Numbered from the stretch's first letter, positions 1 through 10,456 are shown. The stretch: DNA of 64,000 nt from an uncultured Pseudomonadota bacterium (GCA_963736005.1 CAVTNB010000001.1:1920001-1984000); one strand, 5' to 3'. Program-made: numbers and translations. The notes: a model not told the origin generated them from the sequence alone.

Positions 1-746
1 TCTTTGTTTTCTGGTCGTTCCGGTGATGAACCTACCGCGCGTTCGCCGCTCGGAGCGACTTTTTGGGGGTCAGGAGCAGCAATGCGCCGCGAGAGAACCG
101 CTCCACCTGCGATATCTTGCACGAAGTGTCCGATCATGCACGGATAGAGAGAGCCGGTCAGCAAAAAGACAGCAGCATACAAGAGACCGCTCACCGTTGC
201 GCCGACGACGCCGGCCTTGCCTTGGTACGCATGCGCGAAGCCAAAGGCAAGCGTTGAAGTGAGAACTCCTATGACGACACTCCCCGTCAGGCTGGCGATC
301 AACACGAGCGCGTACCCGCGATACAAGAACTCCTCGCAAAGGCTCGCGCTGGCCGCCACCACCACAAAGCATGCCCACTGAATCCGATCTGTCGGCACAA
401 CCGCGCGAAGCGCGACCACGTAGTCGGGACGAAGCGAGCGCGGCGCACCCGCGAGCGTGGCCAACAATGGTGCCAGCAGCGAAACAAGACCGAGAGCGAG
501 CTGCGCTGGCTCGTGCGGTGGACGAACGCCGACAGAAGCCGCATCGAGGCCGTGCAAGCGAAGGGCGTACAATGCGAGAGCGGTAACTGACCAGAGGACC
601 ACGACCGTACGGCCATATCGGAACAGTTTTGCTTGCTGCGTGAGCGGCACCGAGCGAATCCGTCGTCCGGTCAGCGCCGAATTGATCGGCAAGGCCGCAA
701 TGAGTATCAGCAACGTGAGGAAGGTGAAGATGACCCGGTGCGGCAT
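1..746 (-). CDS. CPBP family (Abi/CAAX) intramembrane glutamic endopeptidase, 3' end runs off the window
   Basis: Absent from the ORF track because it has no stop in the window. Manual minus-strand translation from ATG at 746 gives MPHRVIFTFLTLLIL...SLCEEFLYRGY...AFGFAHAYQG...CMIGHFVQD, which carries the EExxxR, FxxxH and HxxxD CPBP motifs. Confidence 0.88.
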   Translation of the reverse strand, partial: MPHRVIFTFLTLLILIAALPINSALTGRRIRSVPLTQQAKLFRYGRTVVVLWSVTALALYALRLHGLDAASVGVRPPHEPAQLALGLVSLLAPLLATLAGAPRSLRPDYVVALRAVVPTDRIQWACFVVVAASASLCEEFLYRGYALVLIASLTGSVVIGVLTSTLAFGFAHAYQGKAGVVGATVSGLLYAAVFLLTGSLYPCMIGHFVQDIAGGAVLSRRIAAPDPQKVAPSGERAVGSSPERPENK

Positions 747-803
747 CACCCCGCCGGTTTTGGCCACGAGCCCGCAAGCCCTGGTGGGAATGAAGGCGCG
801 GTT

Positions 804-1994
804 ATGAATCGCAAGGTGTTGGGGATCTTGTCGCTGGGCCACCTCACCGTTGACATCGGCGCAGGTGGACTGCCCGCAATATTGCCGTTCCTGAAAGCGG
901 AATTCGATTTCTCTTACTTTTGGCTCGCGGCACTCGTGATGATCTCGGGCATCACGTCTTCCATCATGCAGCCCATCTTTGGCATCGCAAGCGATAACCT
1001 TCGGACGCGCTTTTTGTTGCCGCTCGGCGTTTTTCTGGCCCTTGGGGGCTTCGCGGGTATCGGGGCCGCTCCGAGCTATGCTACCGTGATCGCGTTCGTG
1101 TGCGTCGCGGGCATCGGTTCTGCAATGTATCATCCCGAGGCGGCCAAATCCGCGCGGACCGTATCGGGTCGCCTGCCGGCCACGGCGAATTCAGTTTTTG
1201 CCGTAGGAGGCAATATCGGCGTGGCCCTTGGTCCTCTGCTGGTGATCGCGCTCATCGCATGGCGTGGCTTGCACGGAACGGCGCTCTTAGCTGTGCCGGC
1301 CACCATTGTGGCGCTCATCGTCGCGGCTATCGTACCCACGGTCAGCCGGGCGCATGACGCTCACGAGGCGCGTCTCGGCGTGTTGCCGCGCGGCCCTTGG
1401 CCCAAACCTATCAATCTGCTCGTCGCGGTAACCGCCTTGCGCTCAGCCGTCTACGGTGGCGTGCTGACCTTCGTGCCTCTATATGCCGTGAATGTGTTAC
1501 ACCAACCGGCCACCCACAATGGCTACTTGCTGTTTATCTTTTTGGCGACAGGAGCCGTCGCGAACTTGCTTGCTGGACCAATGACTGACCGTTACGGCAC
1601 GAAGCAGATGATCAGCATCAGCTTGGGCCTCGCGCCATTGGCGCTGGCCGCGTACCTGTGGTCGTCCGGCATCATTGCGTTCATCGCCCTTGGGCTGACC
1701 GGCGCTCTGATCATCGGCACGTTATCGACGACCGTTGTCATGGGCATGGAGTACATGCCCAATCGTGTTGGGCTCGCCTCGGCGCTCCTCATCGGCCTCT
1801 CGACCGGCCTTGGCGGTCTTGGCGTTGGCGCCTTGGGGAAAGTTGCCGACACTTTTGGCCTAACGCTGACGCTTTGGCTGCTCGTCGGCGTCGCCATCGT
1901 GGCCTACGCGCTGACCTTCACCTTGCCCGTCCACGCACCCGCGCCTCGTGCTTTCGTGGAAGAAACGCTGCCCGCAGACCTGCGGGCACGCTAA
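804..1994 (+). CDS. MFS transporter (Fsr/fosmidomycin-resistance-like)
   Basis: About 12 hydrophobic segments; LGHLTVD, QPIFGIASD, YHPEAAK and GGNIG motifs. ATG at 804 chosen over the longer ORF. Confidence 0.85.
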   Translation: MNRKVLGILSLGHLTVDIGAGGLPAILPFLKAEFDFSYFWLAALVMISGITSSIMQPIFGIASDNLRTRFLLPLGVFLALGGFAGIGAAPSYATVIAFVCVAGIGSAMYHPEAAKSARTVSGRLPATANSVFAVGGNIGVALGPLLVIALIAWRGLHGTALLAVPATIVALIVAAIVPTVSRAHDAHEARLGVLPRGPWPKPINLLVAVTALRSAVYGGVLTFVPLYAVNVLHQPATHNGYLLFIFLATGAVANLLAGPMTDRYGTKQMISISLGLAPLALAAYLWSSGIIAFIALGLTGALIIGTLSTTVVMGMEYMPNRVGLASALLIGLSTGLGGLGVGALGKVADTFGLTLTLWLLVGVAIVAYALTFTLPVHAPAPRAFVEETLPADLRAR

Positions 1995-2003
1995 GGCTTG
2001 CAC

Positions 2004-4718
2004 ATGACCCAGCAAGACAAAGTCATGCTCATCGACGTTTATTCGCTCGTGTATCGCGCATTTTTTGCGCTGCCGCCGCTTTCCACTTCCAGCGGCCGGC
2101 CGGTGAACGCGGCCTACGGCTTCCAACGAATGCTGCGGCGCATCCTCCGAGAAGAGAAGCCCTCGCACGTCGTCGCGTGCTTCGACGCAGGAATCCCGGC
2201 GGAGCGGCTCGCCGCAGTGCCCGAGTACAAAGCGCAACGCCCGGAGACGCCATCGGAGCTTCGTCCCCAATTTGATATCGTTCGCAGGATTTGCGAGGGA
2301 TATTCGATCCCCATCGTCGAGATCGAAGGCGAGGAAGCTGATGACTGCATTGCGACGATTGTGACCCTTGCCATGGAACGCCAATTGGAGACGATGGTTG
2401 TCTCAGGGGACTTGGACCTGTTACAGCTCGTCAGCCGCCATTGTACGGTCGTGGTCACAAAGCGCGGCATTAGCGATCTTGCGCGCTATGATGAAGCTGC
2501 CGTGCGCGAGCGATACGGCCTTGCGCCTGAGCAATTGCCCGATTTTCGTGGCCTCAAAGGAGACCCGTCCGACAATCTTCCGGGCGTCCCCGGGATCGGC
2601 GAGAAAACCGCGACCAAACTGATTGCACAATTTGGATCGCTCGATACCTTGCTGGCCAACGTTGACTCGGTGACTCCGAAACGCATTGGGGATCTGCTGC
2701 GCGTGCATGCCGATAAGGCGCGCGCGTGCCGAGCCGTCTCGACGGCAAAGCGCGATTTACCGATCGCTGCGGACTGGGAAGCTTGGCGCTATCGAGAGCC
2801 AAGCCCCGAGCACTTAGCCCAGCTCTTTTCTGAGTTGGAGTTTCGATCGCTCTTGTCACAGGTTGCAACGCCCGCCTTCGCAGCCATGGCCGGCTCTTCA
2901 GATGCTCTCGAGCCAAGCGAAGCGCCGGCCTTCGAGCTCGGGTCCTATCGCGTGCTGGATCACGCTGATGCGATCGGCGATGCGCTCGCTACCGCGCTCA
3001 AATCCGAACGCGTCGCGATGGCCGTCGTGCCTGCGCTTGCGAGCTGGAGGACGCAGGTGCCAGTCGCGCTCGCGCTTTCGTGGCGGCCAAACGAGGCGGT
3101 CGTCATGCCCGCGCAATTCTTGGTCGAACATCCAAAACTTCGGACGTTGTTCGAGCAATTGGTGAGACTCCCAAAGCCGGCCAAGGTTGTGTACGATGCA
3201 AAAAATCTTAGCGGATGGCTTGCCCGCTTTGATGTGGAGATCGGCGGGCTCGCCCTGGACGCTATGTTGGCCGCTGGGATCATGGATCCAGCGCGCGGCG
3301 AGCCCACGCTCGAGCAATCATTGGTTGGGACTCCGGGGGAAGGAGCGCCGCAACCAGATGTCAAGGCAAGCTCCGCAACGCTCTTTGCGGCAGGCGCTCC
3401 TGTGCTTCCCGAGTGGGCCGCTTCCGCCGACGCCTTGTTCCGTGCCTCTGGGGCTCGGCTCGATGCCGTGCGTCAGATAGGTTTGGAGAAAGTCTTGCTC
3501 GACATCGAGCAACCGCTCGCGCCCGTGCTAGCAAAGATGGAAGCAGTAGGTTTTCGATTGGATCGCGAGGAGCTCGATCGCATCCGTGTCTCTCTCGAGC
3601 GCCAAATCGACCACACCACGCGCGATATCTATCGTCTGGCCGGTGAAGAGTTCAACATCAACTCTCCGAAGGTCCTCGGTACGATTCTGTTCGAGCGACT
3701 CGGCTTGCCCGTTGGAACGAAGAAGAAAAGCGGCTATGGAACGGGCGCTGAGGTGCTTGCGCCCTTAGCTGCCGAGTATGAGATCGCGGCCAAGCTGCTG
3801 CAGTACCGGGAAGTAACAAAACTCAAGTCGACCTACGTCGACGCATTGCCGTCGCTCGTTGACCCAGCGACCGGTCTCCTGCACACAACGTTCCATCAAT
3901 TGGGGGCGGCGACTGGGCGACTCTCAAGCTCGAACCCTAACTTACAAAACATTCCCGTTCGATCGACGGTCGGTCGTGAGATCCGTCGCGCCTTCTTGCC
4001 GGCGACCCACGGCAACGTGCTCTTGGCGGCGGACTACTCGCAGATCGAGTTGCGCATTCTCGCGCACCTGTCGCAAGATGAAAACTTCATCGAAGCATTT
4101 CAACGCGGTGATGACATCCACGCCTTTACGGCGCGAGCTGTGTTCGGCATTGCGCCGAGCGAGCCCATTTCTGCCGAACTGCGACGACGCGCCAAAGCGG
4201 TGAATTTTGGCATCTTGTACGGCATCAGCGATTTTGGCCTGGCGCAAAGCGCCGGCATGAGTCGAGCTCAAGCCAAGCAATTCATCGCCGAATATTTGGC
4301 GCGCTTTCCCAAAATTAAAGGCTACATTGACGACACGCTGCGGCACGTACGCGAGACCGGCTTTGTCACGACACTCTTTGGCCGCCGGCGCTACTTGCCA
4401 GATGTGCGCTCGCGAGTGTATCCGCTCCGGGCGGCTGCCGAGCGCATGGCCATCAATGCTCCGGCCCAGGGCAGCGCTGCCGACCTCATCAAGCTTGCCA
4501 TGGTCGATGTCGACCGCGAATTGACCAAGCACAAGGCAGATGCCCGGCTCGTGCTGCAGGTTCACGACGAGTTGATTTTCGACGTGGCTCCTTCGCAGGT
4601 GCCGTCCGTGCGGGAAATAGTCCGCGACGCTATGGAACACGCCATGCAGCTTGCGGTGCCGATCGTCGTCGATTTCAAAGTCGGACCAAACTGGGAGCAA
4701 GTGGAAATAGTCGAGTAG
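2004..4718 (+). CDS. polA: DNA polymerase I
   Basis: 5'-3' exonuclease motifs (LID..YRAFFA, EADD, GDPSDNLPGVPGIGEKTA) and polymerase motifs (TGRLSSSNPNLQNIP, DYSQIELR, KAVNFGILYG, QVHDEL). Confidence 0.98.
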   Translation: MTQQDKVMLIDVYSLVYRAFFALPPLSTSSGRPVNAAYGFQRMLRRILREEKPSHVVACFDAGIPAERLAAVPEYKAQRPETPSELRPQFDIVRRICEGYSIPIVEIEGEEADDCIATIVTLAMERQLETMVVSGDLDLLQLVSRHCTVVVTKRGISDLARYDEAAVRERYGLAPEQLPDFRGLKGDPSDNLPGVPGIGEKTATKLIAQFGSLDTLLANVDSVTPKRIGDLLRVHADKARACRAVSTAKRDLPIAADWEAWRYREPSPEHLAQLFSELEFRSLLSQVATPAFAAMAGSSDALEPSEAPAFELGSYRVLDHADAIGDALATALKSERVAMAVVPALASWRTQVPVALALSWRPNEAVVMPAQFLVEHPKLRTLFEQLVRLPKPAKVVYDAKNLSGWLARFDVEIGGLALDAMLAAGIMDPARGEPTLEQSLVGTPGEGAPQPDVKASSATLFAAGAPVLPEWAASADALFRASGARLDAVRQIGLEKVLLDIEQPLAPVLAKMEAVGFRLDREELDRIRVSLERQIDHTTRDIYRLAGEEFNINSPKVLGTILFERLGLPVGTKKKSGYGTGAEVLAPLAAEYEIAAKLLQYREVTKLKSTYVDALPSLVDPATGLLHTTFHQLGAATGRLSSSNPNLQNIPVRSTVGREIRRAFLPATHGNVLLAADYSQIELRILAHLSQDENFIEAFQRGDDIHAFTARAVFGIAPSEPISAELRRRAKAVNFGILYGISDFGLAQSAGMSRAQAKQFIAEYLARFPKIKGYIDDTLRHVRETGFVTTLFGRRRYLPDVRSRVYPLRAAAERMAINAPAQGSAADLIKLAMVDVDRELTKHKADARLVLQVHDELIFDVAPSQVPSVREIVRDAMEHAMQLAVPIVVDFKVGPNWEQVEIVE

Positions 4719-4720
4719 CA

Positions 4721-5527
4721 ATGCCCGAACTTCCCGAAGTTGAAACGATCGCTCGCGATCTTGCGCCACAGATCACCGGCCGCACGATCGTGCGAACGCG
4801 TCACGCCCGCACACCGCCCGTGTTCGACAAACACAGCTTGCCTGCGGCGCTGCTCGTGGGCCGGAGCATCGAGCATGTTGGGCGGGCTGGCAAATTTCTG
4901 GTCATCACGCTCGATGACGATCTTCGTCTTGCCGTGCATCTACGGATGACTGGCAACCTGCTTTTTTCCAAGGACGGTCAACCGGTCGATCGCACGCGCG
5001 CGGTCATCGAGTTCGATAATGCAACGCGCTTGGTTTTTGCGGATGTCCGCAAGTTTGGCCGGATGCGCGTCTTCCGCGGGGAGGCACGCAGCGCGCTCGG
5101 TATCGGCGTGGATCCTCTGGCGTCCGAACTCGACGACGCCATGCTTCGCGACCTCACGAGGGGCCGCACGACGCCAGTGAAAGTTTGGCTCCTCGATCAA
5201 AAGCGTCTCGCTGGGGTGGGTAACATTTATGCGTGTGAATCGCTGTACGGTGCTGGGATTCGTCCCAAAAAGCCCGTTGGAAAACTCTCAAAGGTACAGC
5301 GCCACCGGTTGTTGGCCAGCCTACGCCGAGTATTGCGCAAAGCCATACAGCATCGAGGTTCCAGTGTTGACGACTACGTGGACGCGGGAGGAAAGGAAGG
5401 CGAGTTTCAGAAGCACTTGAAAGTTTATGGTCGAGCCGGCTTACCATGCCGGCGCTGCGGCGCGCCAATCCGGCGCATCGTGCTGGGGCAACGGGGCACC
5501 TTTTATTGCCCGGTCTGCCAGCGTTAG
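4721..5527 (+). CDS. mutM: Formamidopyrimidine-DNA glycosylase
   Basis: N-terminal MPELPEVE, HLRMTG, GVGNIYACESL and C-terminal zinc finger CRRC...CPVCQ. Confidence 0.97.
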   Translation: MPELPEVETIARDLAPQITGRTIVRTRHARTPPVFDKHSLPAALLVGRSIEHVGRAGKFLVITLDDDLRLAVHLRMTGNLLFSKDGQPVDRTRAVIEFDNATRLVFADVRKFGRMRVFRGEARSALGIGVDPLASELDDAMLRDLTRGRTTPVKVWLLDQKRLAGVGNIYACESLYGAGIRPKKPVGKLSKVQRHRLLASLRRVLRKAIQHRGSSVDDYVDAGGKEGEFQKHLKVYGRAGLPCRRCGAPIRRIVLGQRGTFYCPVCQR

Positions 5528-5587
5528 CACAAACACCCGCATCAAACGCTCCATATTCAAATCGCAAGTAAAGGTGATCCTCTTTTC

Positions 5588-6727
5588 ATGTCCGATACTC
5601 ACGTCCTCGAACCGCAGGGAGCCGTCGACGATCAATTTGGCCTCATCCAAAAGCTCTATGAGGAAAGTCTTAAAACTCTCGACGAAGGCCAAGTGCTTAC
5701 CGGTAAGATCGTTGCCAAGGCGAACGACGAACTGCTCGTCGACATCGGCGGAAAGTCCGAGGGCGTTGTCACGGCGCGCGAACTTTCACCCGGCATTTAT
5801 ATCTCCGATCTGAAGGTCGGCGATACCCTTGAAGTGCTCGTCTATCGCATTGACAGCGATGGCGACGGCACGATGTATCTCTCCGAAAAACGCGCGCGCG
5901 CCCTCAAGACCTGGGAAAAGGTGCTCGAGGCGCACGATCGCAACGAAGCGATCAACGCAACCGTGACCCAGGTGGTCAAGGGCGGAGTGCTCGTTGACCT
6001 GGGCATGCGGGGTTTCGTGCCCGCGTCGCAGATCCGCCGCCAACCAGTGGGTAACCTCGAGGAAATGGTTGGCAAACAGTTGCGTCTCAAGGTGATCGAT
6101 CTCGATCATAAGCGGCGCAGAGTGGTTCTTTCGCAACGCGTGGTGCTCGACGAAGAGCTCAATCAAAAGAAACAAGAATTGCTGTCAACGCTGCAGCCCG
6201 GTCAAATCCGCGAAGGTACGGTCGTGCGTCTCGCAGATTTTGGGGCGTTTGTGGATTTGGGCGGCATTGACGGTCTCATTCACAACACCGAGCTCTCGTT
6301 CGGGCGCATCAAGCATCCGAGCGAAGTCGTCAAGGTTGGGGACACCGTCCAAGTTGAGATCATGAAGTTTGACTCCGAAGCCAAAAAGGTGAGCCTTTCG
6401 CTCAAACACTCCCTTGACGATCCATGGAAGGCTGTTCCCGAAGCCCTGCACGAAGGCGACGTCGTACCGGCTTCGCTCAGCAAGGCGACGGCGAACTACT
6501 TGCTCGTCGAACTGCTGCCTGGGGTGACCGGCATGGTGCCAAAATCGGAATTCGATCCAGCATCGCCGCCGGAGCCAGGGGCCGCCTTGCAGGTCAAGAT
6601 ACTCTCTGTGAACGCCGGCTCTCGGCGCATTACGGCGAGCATCAACGCCCTCAACCCCCAAGCACCTGACGCGCAACCCGAGGGCGAGGTCAACGAGACC
6701 GAGCCTGTAGCTGCAGACCTCACGTAG
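5588..6727 (+). CDS. rpsA: 30S ribosomal protein S1, short form (about 4 S1 domains)
   Basis: Repeated S1 domains (VDIGGKSEG, GFVPASQI, FGAFVDLGGIDGLIH, KVSLSLK). Confidence 0.85.
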   Translation: MSDTHVLEPQGAVDDQFGLIQKLYEESLKTLDEGQVLTGKIVAKANDELLVDIGGKSEGVVTARELSPGIYISDLKVGDTLEVLVYRIDSDGDGTMYLSEKRARALKTWEKVLEAHDRNEAINATVTQVVKGGVLVDLGMRGFVPASQIRRQPVGNLEEMVGKQLRLKVIDLDHKRRRVVLSQRVVLDEELNQKKQELLSTLQPGQIREGTVVRLADFGAFVDLGGIDGLIHNTELSFGRIKHPSEVVKVGDTVQVEIMKFDSEAKKVSLSLKHSLDDPWKAVPEALHEGDVVPASLSKATANYLLVELLPGVTGMVPKSEFDPASPPEPGAALQVKILSVNAGSRRITASINALNPQAPDAQPEGEVNETEPVAADLT

Positions 6728-6791
6728 CGGGAGATTGGAAGCTCTCCTCACGCGCGAATTTCCACACGCGCGAATACATTCGCGCGACTAC
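6724..6791. repeat. REP mosaic: degenerate family D copy plus inverted family C copy; its GTAG supplies the rpsA stop
   Basis: GTAG-CG-GGAGATT-GGAA-GCTCTCC ... CGCGCGAAT-AC-ATTCGCGCG-ACTAC. Confidence 0.75.
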
Positions 6792-6805
6792 ACTATAGGT
6801 CGATT

Positions 6806-7429
6806 ATGATCGTTGGTCTGACCGGTGGTATCGGCTCCGGTAAGACGACCGTCGCGGCGCTCTTCGCACAGAAGGGCGCGTTTGTCATTGACACCGACGT
6901 CATCGCGCGTGAGGTCGTTGCGCCGCCGAGCCCACTCGTTGCGGCCATCCGCCGCGAATTCGGCGACGCCGTGATTGGCTCCGATGATCAAATCGATCGG
7001 CCCGCTCTTGCGCGCATCATTTTCGCCGACGAGCAAAAGCGCCTTCGGTTGAACCAACTGATGCATCCAGAAATTCTCAAGCGAGTGCTCGGTGCCATCG
7101 GCACGCAATCATCAAGCACGGTCATCGTCGTGGTCGTGCCGCTGCTCTTCGAATCAGAATTTGAATCCAATTGCGACCGAGTGGTTGCGGTGATCGCGCC
7201 ACCCGACCTACGGCGTCAGCGCATCGCAGAGCGCGATGGGCTCACAGGGAGCGAAATCGAGGCGCGCATGCGCGCTCAACTCCCTGAAACTGAATACGAG
7301 CGGCGCGCGAACATTCTTGTTCGCAACGATGGAAACTTGACCGCGCTGGGACGCGAAGTGGATAAGGCTTGGGAAAAAATTAACGATCGGACGAGTCAGG
7401 CGCATCATCCAGCAGCTGGGAAACCGTAA
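6806..7429 (+). CDS. coaE: Dephospho-CoA kinase
   Basis: MIVGLTGGIGSGKTTV, DTDVIAREVV, LNQLMHP, VPLLFE. Confidence 0.96.
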   Translation: MIVGLTGGIGSGKTTVAALFAQKGAFVIDTDVIAREVVAPPSPLVAAIRREFGDAVIGSDDQIDRPALARIIFADEQKRLRLNQLMHPEILKRVLGAIGTQSSSTVIVVVVPLLFESEFESNCDRVVAVIAPPDLRRQRIAERDGLTGSEIEARMRAQLPETEYERRANILVRNDGNLTALGREVDKAWEKINDRTSQAHHPAAGKP

Positions 7430-8138
7430 CGAATCGGTAGCCTCGGCCGCGAAGCCGATCGATGATGACAGGCAGCGCCTCGATGGTTCGGTATTGCCCG
7501 CTGTGCAGCAAGATGATGCCCCCTGGTCCCGCGTCGCTGACAACCCGTCGTACAATCAGCGCGGGCGGGATATCCTTGACGTCGTTTGGGGAATCGCTCC
7601 AAAAGATCGTGTGGTAACCAAGCTCGTGGGCGATGGTCATCACATGAAGGTTGAAGCGCCCGTGGGGTGGTCGAAAGAGCGAGATTGGCTGGTTCGTGAA
7701 CTGTTGCAAGAACGTTCCGTCGGCCAAAATTTGATATTGAATCTGCGCGTCCGGTAACTTCGTGAGGGCGACATGATTGAAGGTGTGATTTCCAAGCTCG
7801 TCACCCGAAGCGACAATGCGCGAAACAAGTTCGGGAAACTCCTGCGCCGAGCGGCCAACGAGGAAAAAGGTGGCATGTACCTGCGAGCGCCCCAACACGT
7901 GGAGCAGCAGCGGCGTGTAAAACGGATACGGGCCATCGTCAAAAGTGAGCGCGATATCCTTGCGCTGCGTGTGGACGCGCCAGACCTCGTCGTACTGCCC
8001 GTAGGCGGCGGCACCGTCGTTCTCGATGGCGGGTACTTCGAGTGGCAGGCTCGTGATCGAGCGTGGTGGCGCGTGGGCCGGCAAGAAAGCTGCGGCATTG
8101 AGAGCAAGCGTGAGCGCAACCACCGCAAGCAGCTTCAT
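7380..8138 (-). CDS. Secreted polysaccharide deacetylase (NodB/CE4)
   Basis: Signal peptide, ALTFDDGP, NHTFNH, FRPPHG, GGIILLH. Its 3' end overlaps coaE by 50 bp. Confidence 0.93.
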   Translation of the reverse strand: MKLLAVVALTLALNAAAFLPAHAPPRSITSLPLEVPAIENDGAAAYGQYDEVWRVHTQRKDIALTFDDGPYPFYTPLLLHVLGRSQVHATFFLVGRSAQEFPELVSRIVASGDELGNHTFNHVALTKLPDAQIQYQILADGTFLQQFTNQPISLFRPPHGRFNLHVMTIAHELGYHTIFWSDSPNDVKDIPPALIVRRVVSDAGPGGIILLHSGQYRTIEALPVIIDRLRGRGYRFVTVSQLLDDAPDSSDR

Positions 8139-8680
8139 TGTGGCAACTCGGGTGCCGTCCAGACCTGACCGAAAGCTGCCAGAAAGTCTTCGTCGGTCAG
8201 CGCGGCATTATCTCGAAGGGTCTCGTATGTCTTGCGGTCTGCCGACACGGAAAAGACCGTGCTTTCAACTGCCGTGGCCTGCGCTTTTGCGACTGGTATG
8301 GTGGCCCAAACGTCGAGTGCCTGGATTTGCGGAAATTGATCGAACGTTGTTCGAATGAGCGCTACGGCTTCGCGGTCGAGCTCGGGCTCCGGCAGATCTT
8401 GTGGTTCGTGCGGCACGCGCGCCGAGAAGCGGATGCCTGCCGACTGGTAGCCGGCCGCATCGAAGACATAGACCTTCAATACGTTATGGGTCGGCAAAAC
8501 TTTGTACGTTGCGTCAAACAGGCGATCTTCTAGCGAGGGCGTGACGCCTTCGATCCATGGAGCGGCTTCGGCGTGGTGACCCACGAGGCGCGAGGATGCT
8601 CCATGAAGCGCGCCGAGCGAGGGCGTGGCCGCAACCAAAAAAAGGGCAGCTCCGTAGGCTGCGATTCCGATGACCTTCAT
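8135..8680 (-). CDS. Hypothetical exported protein
   Basis: ORF with signal-like N-terminus (MKVIGIAAYGAALFLVAA); 4-bp overlap with the deacetylase gene; start uncertain. Confidence 0.65.
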   Translation of the reverse strand: MKVIGIAAYGAALFLVAATPSLGALHGASSRLVGHHAEAAPWIEGVTPSLEDRLFDATYKVLPTHNVLKVYVFDAAGYQSAGIRFSARVPHEPQDLPEPELDREAVALIRTTFDQFPQIQALDVWATIPVAKAQATAVESTVFSVSADRKTYETLRDNAALTDEDFLAAFGQVWTAPELPQ

Positions 8681-8785
8681 GGCAGTTGAGAAACGACAAA
8701 AAGCGACGTTTCGTTTCACGCTCCTGGACAGCATTATACCGCGTGCGCGACCTCGGTCAAGGCCTCCCGAGTGCGAACGAGTGGG

Positions 8786-10375
8786 TTAGAGGTCCCTTCC
8801 CCGGCGCAAAACGCGGCCGGAACGAATGCCGGTGACAGCTGCATTGCGCACCACCGCTTTACCGTTGACGAAGACGTGCACGATCCCGTCGGCATAGCGG
8901 TGGGGCTCCTCATAGGTGGCTGCGTCGGCGATCTGCTCGGCGTCGAAGACCACAAGGTCCGCAAAGTTCTCGGGCTCGAGGATGCCTCGCCCTCGCAGGC
9001 CGAGCCGGCGCGCAGCTAGGGAGGTTGCCCGGCGCACGGCTTCCGTCAATGAAAGCAGCGCCGTGTCGCGCACGTACCGTTTGAAAATTCGCGGGAACGT
9101 CCCATACGCGCGCGGGTGTGGCTTGCCCGCCGACGTGATTCCCTCGATCGCCCGGACTGAAGCGTCGCTTCCGATGGTCGTGTGTTGGTACGAGAGCACC
9201 GTGCGCACGTCATCCTCGCACATGGTAAAGTAGATGGCCGAGACGTCGAGCTTTTCGTCCACTAAGAGGCGCAAGGCAGCGGCCACGGGCGTGCGCCCCG
9301 TGGCCTGCGCGATATCCGCCACGCTCATGCCTTCGTAGTGACGGTTCGTTAGCGATCCAACCGAGGAGACGAACACTTCGTGCCAGCGCCCGCCGTAGTC
9401 GAGTTCGACCCGGGCGGCGACGAGCGTCGCATAGCGGGGATCGGAGAGCCGCGACGCAATCTGGTCGGCCGAGCCAACGCGAACGTCATCGGGAAGGATG
9501 ACGTCCAAGCCGGTCGACGAGGCCTTGTACGGATACTGATCCAAAACGACGTCTAATCCCAAATTGCGCGCGCGTTCAACGTTCGAGAGCGTGTCATGGA
9601 CTTTTCCCCAGTTCCGGCTTCGTGATGCTTTGTGGTGCGAAAGCTGCACTGCACATTGCGCTCTGCGTCCCACCTCGATCGCTTCATCCACGGCTTCAAT
9701 CAGACGGTCGCCTTCGCTGCGAATGTGCGATGCATACAGCGGGCTGCCAGCGGCCGCCGCCGCCTGTGCGAGGGCAACGAGTTCGTCCTCGTCAGCAAAG
9801 CTGCCAGGTGGATAGATAAGACCAGAAGAGACGCCAATCGCGCCCTGTTCGCAAGCCTCGCGCACGAGAAGCTGCGCCCGCAGTTGGGTCTCACGATCCA
9901 ACGGCTCAGGGGTGACGGCGTCCACAGCGCTGCGAATCGTTCCCAAACCGGCAAGGCAACAAAAGTTGATTGCGGGCGCAGCTTGTTCCAGCACGTGAAA
10001 GAATCCATCGACGTCGGTCCAGCTTGGTTCAAAGTCGTAGTGCCGGCGCAACTCTTCGCGGCGCTCGGCAAGGGCAAGGCCAGCAAGGGGAGCTGGAGAT
10101 GCGCCACAGTTGCCCCCGACCTCGGTCGTGATGCCTTGGAGGATCTTACTGTTAGCGCTGGGGAGGACCAGCAATATTTCATCTGAGTGACCATGCATGT
10201 CAATGAAACCAGGCGCGACAATAAGGCCACGACAGTTCACGCGAGTCGCCGCTTCTGTCTCGCTGCAGTCGCCGATGCGTGCGATTCTCTCCTCTTTGAT
10301 CGCGACATCAGTGGTAAACGGCTGGCGGCCGGTGCCGTCACAAATGCAACCACCTTCAAGAACGACGTCGAGCAT
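8786..10375 (-). CDS. D-aminoacylase / N-acyl-D-amino-acid deacylase (amidohydrolase)
   Basis: APGFIDMHGHSD, GITTEVGGNCG, SHIRSEG, HPRAYGTFPR, ADLVVFD. Confidence 0.93.
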   Translation of the reverse strand: MLDVVLEGGCICDGTGRQPFTTDVAIKEERIARIGDCSETEAATRVNCRGLIVAPGFIDMHGHSDEILLVLPSANSKILQGITTEVGGNCGASPAPLAGLALAERREELRRHYDFEPSWTDVDGFFHVLEQAAPAINFCCLAGLGTIRSAVDAVTPEPLDRETQLRAQLLVREACEQGAIGVSSGLIYPPGSFADEDELVALAQAAAAAGSPLYASHIRSEGDRLIEAVDEAIEVGRRAQCAVQLSHHKASRSRNWGKVHDTLSNVERARNLGLDVVLDQYPYKASSTGLDVILPDDVRVGSADQIASRLSDPRYATLVAARVELDYGGRWHEVFVSSVGSLTNRHYEGMSVADIAQATGRTPVAAALRLLVDEKLDVSAIYFTMCEDDVRTVLSYQHTTIGSDASVRAIEGITSAGKPHPRAYGTFPRIFKRYVRDTALLSLTEAVRRATSLAARRLGLRGRGILEPENFADLVVFDAEQIADAATYEEPHRYADGIVHVFVNGKAVVRNAAVTGIRSGRVLRRGRDL

Positions 10376-10431
10376 CGCGGTAACATTTCGTCGTAGCCTC
10401 TCGTGCACGCCTGTATTGGAACGTTCTCGTG

Positions 10432-10456
10432 GTTTGCGAACAAGGCAAACGGGTAA
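10432..10456 (+). promoter_or_regulatory. Putative SigB/SigF-type general-stress promoter
   Basis: GTTT-N15-GGGTAA about 55 bp upstream of the KGG stress genes; GGAGG RBS follows. Confidence 0.6.

Noticed and set aside
23..807. Short ORFs in the track at the left edge (23..262, 63..257, 70..777, 457..807)
   Set aside because: Shadows of the minus-strand CPBP protease, which has clear family motifs.
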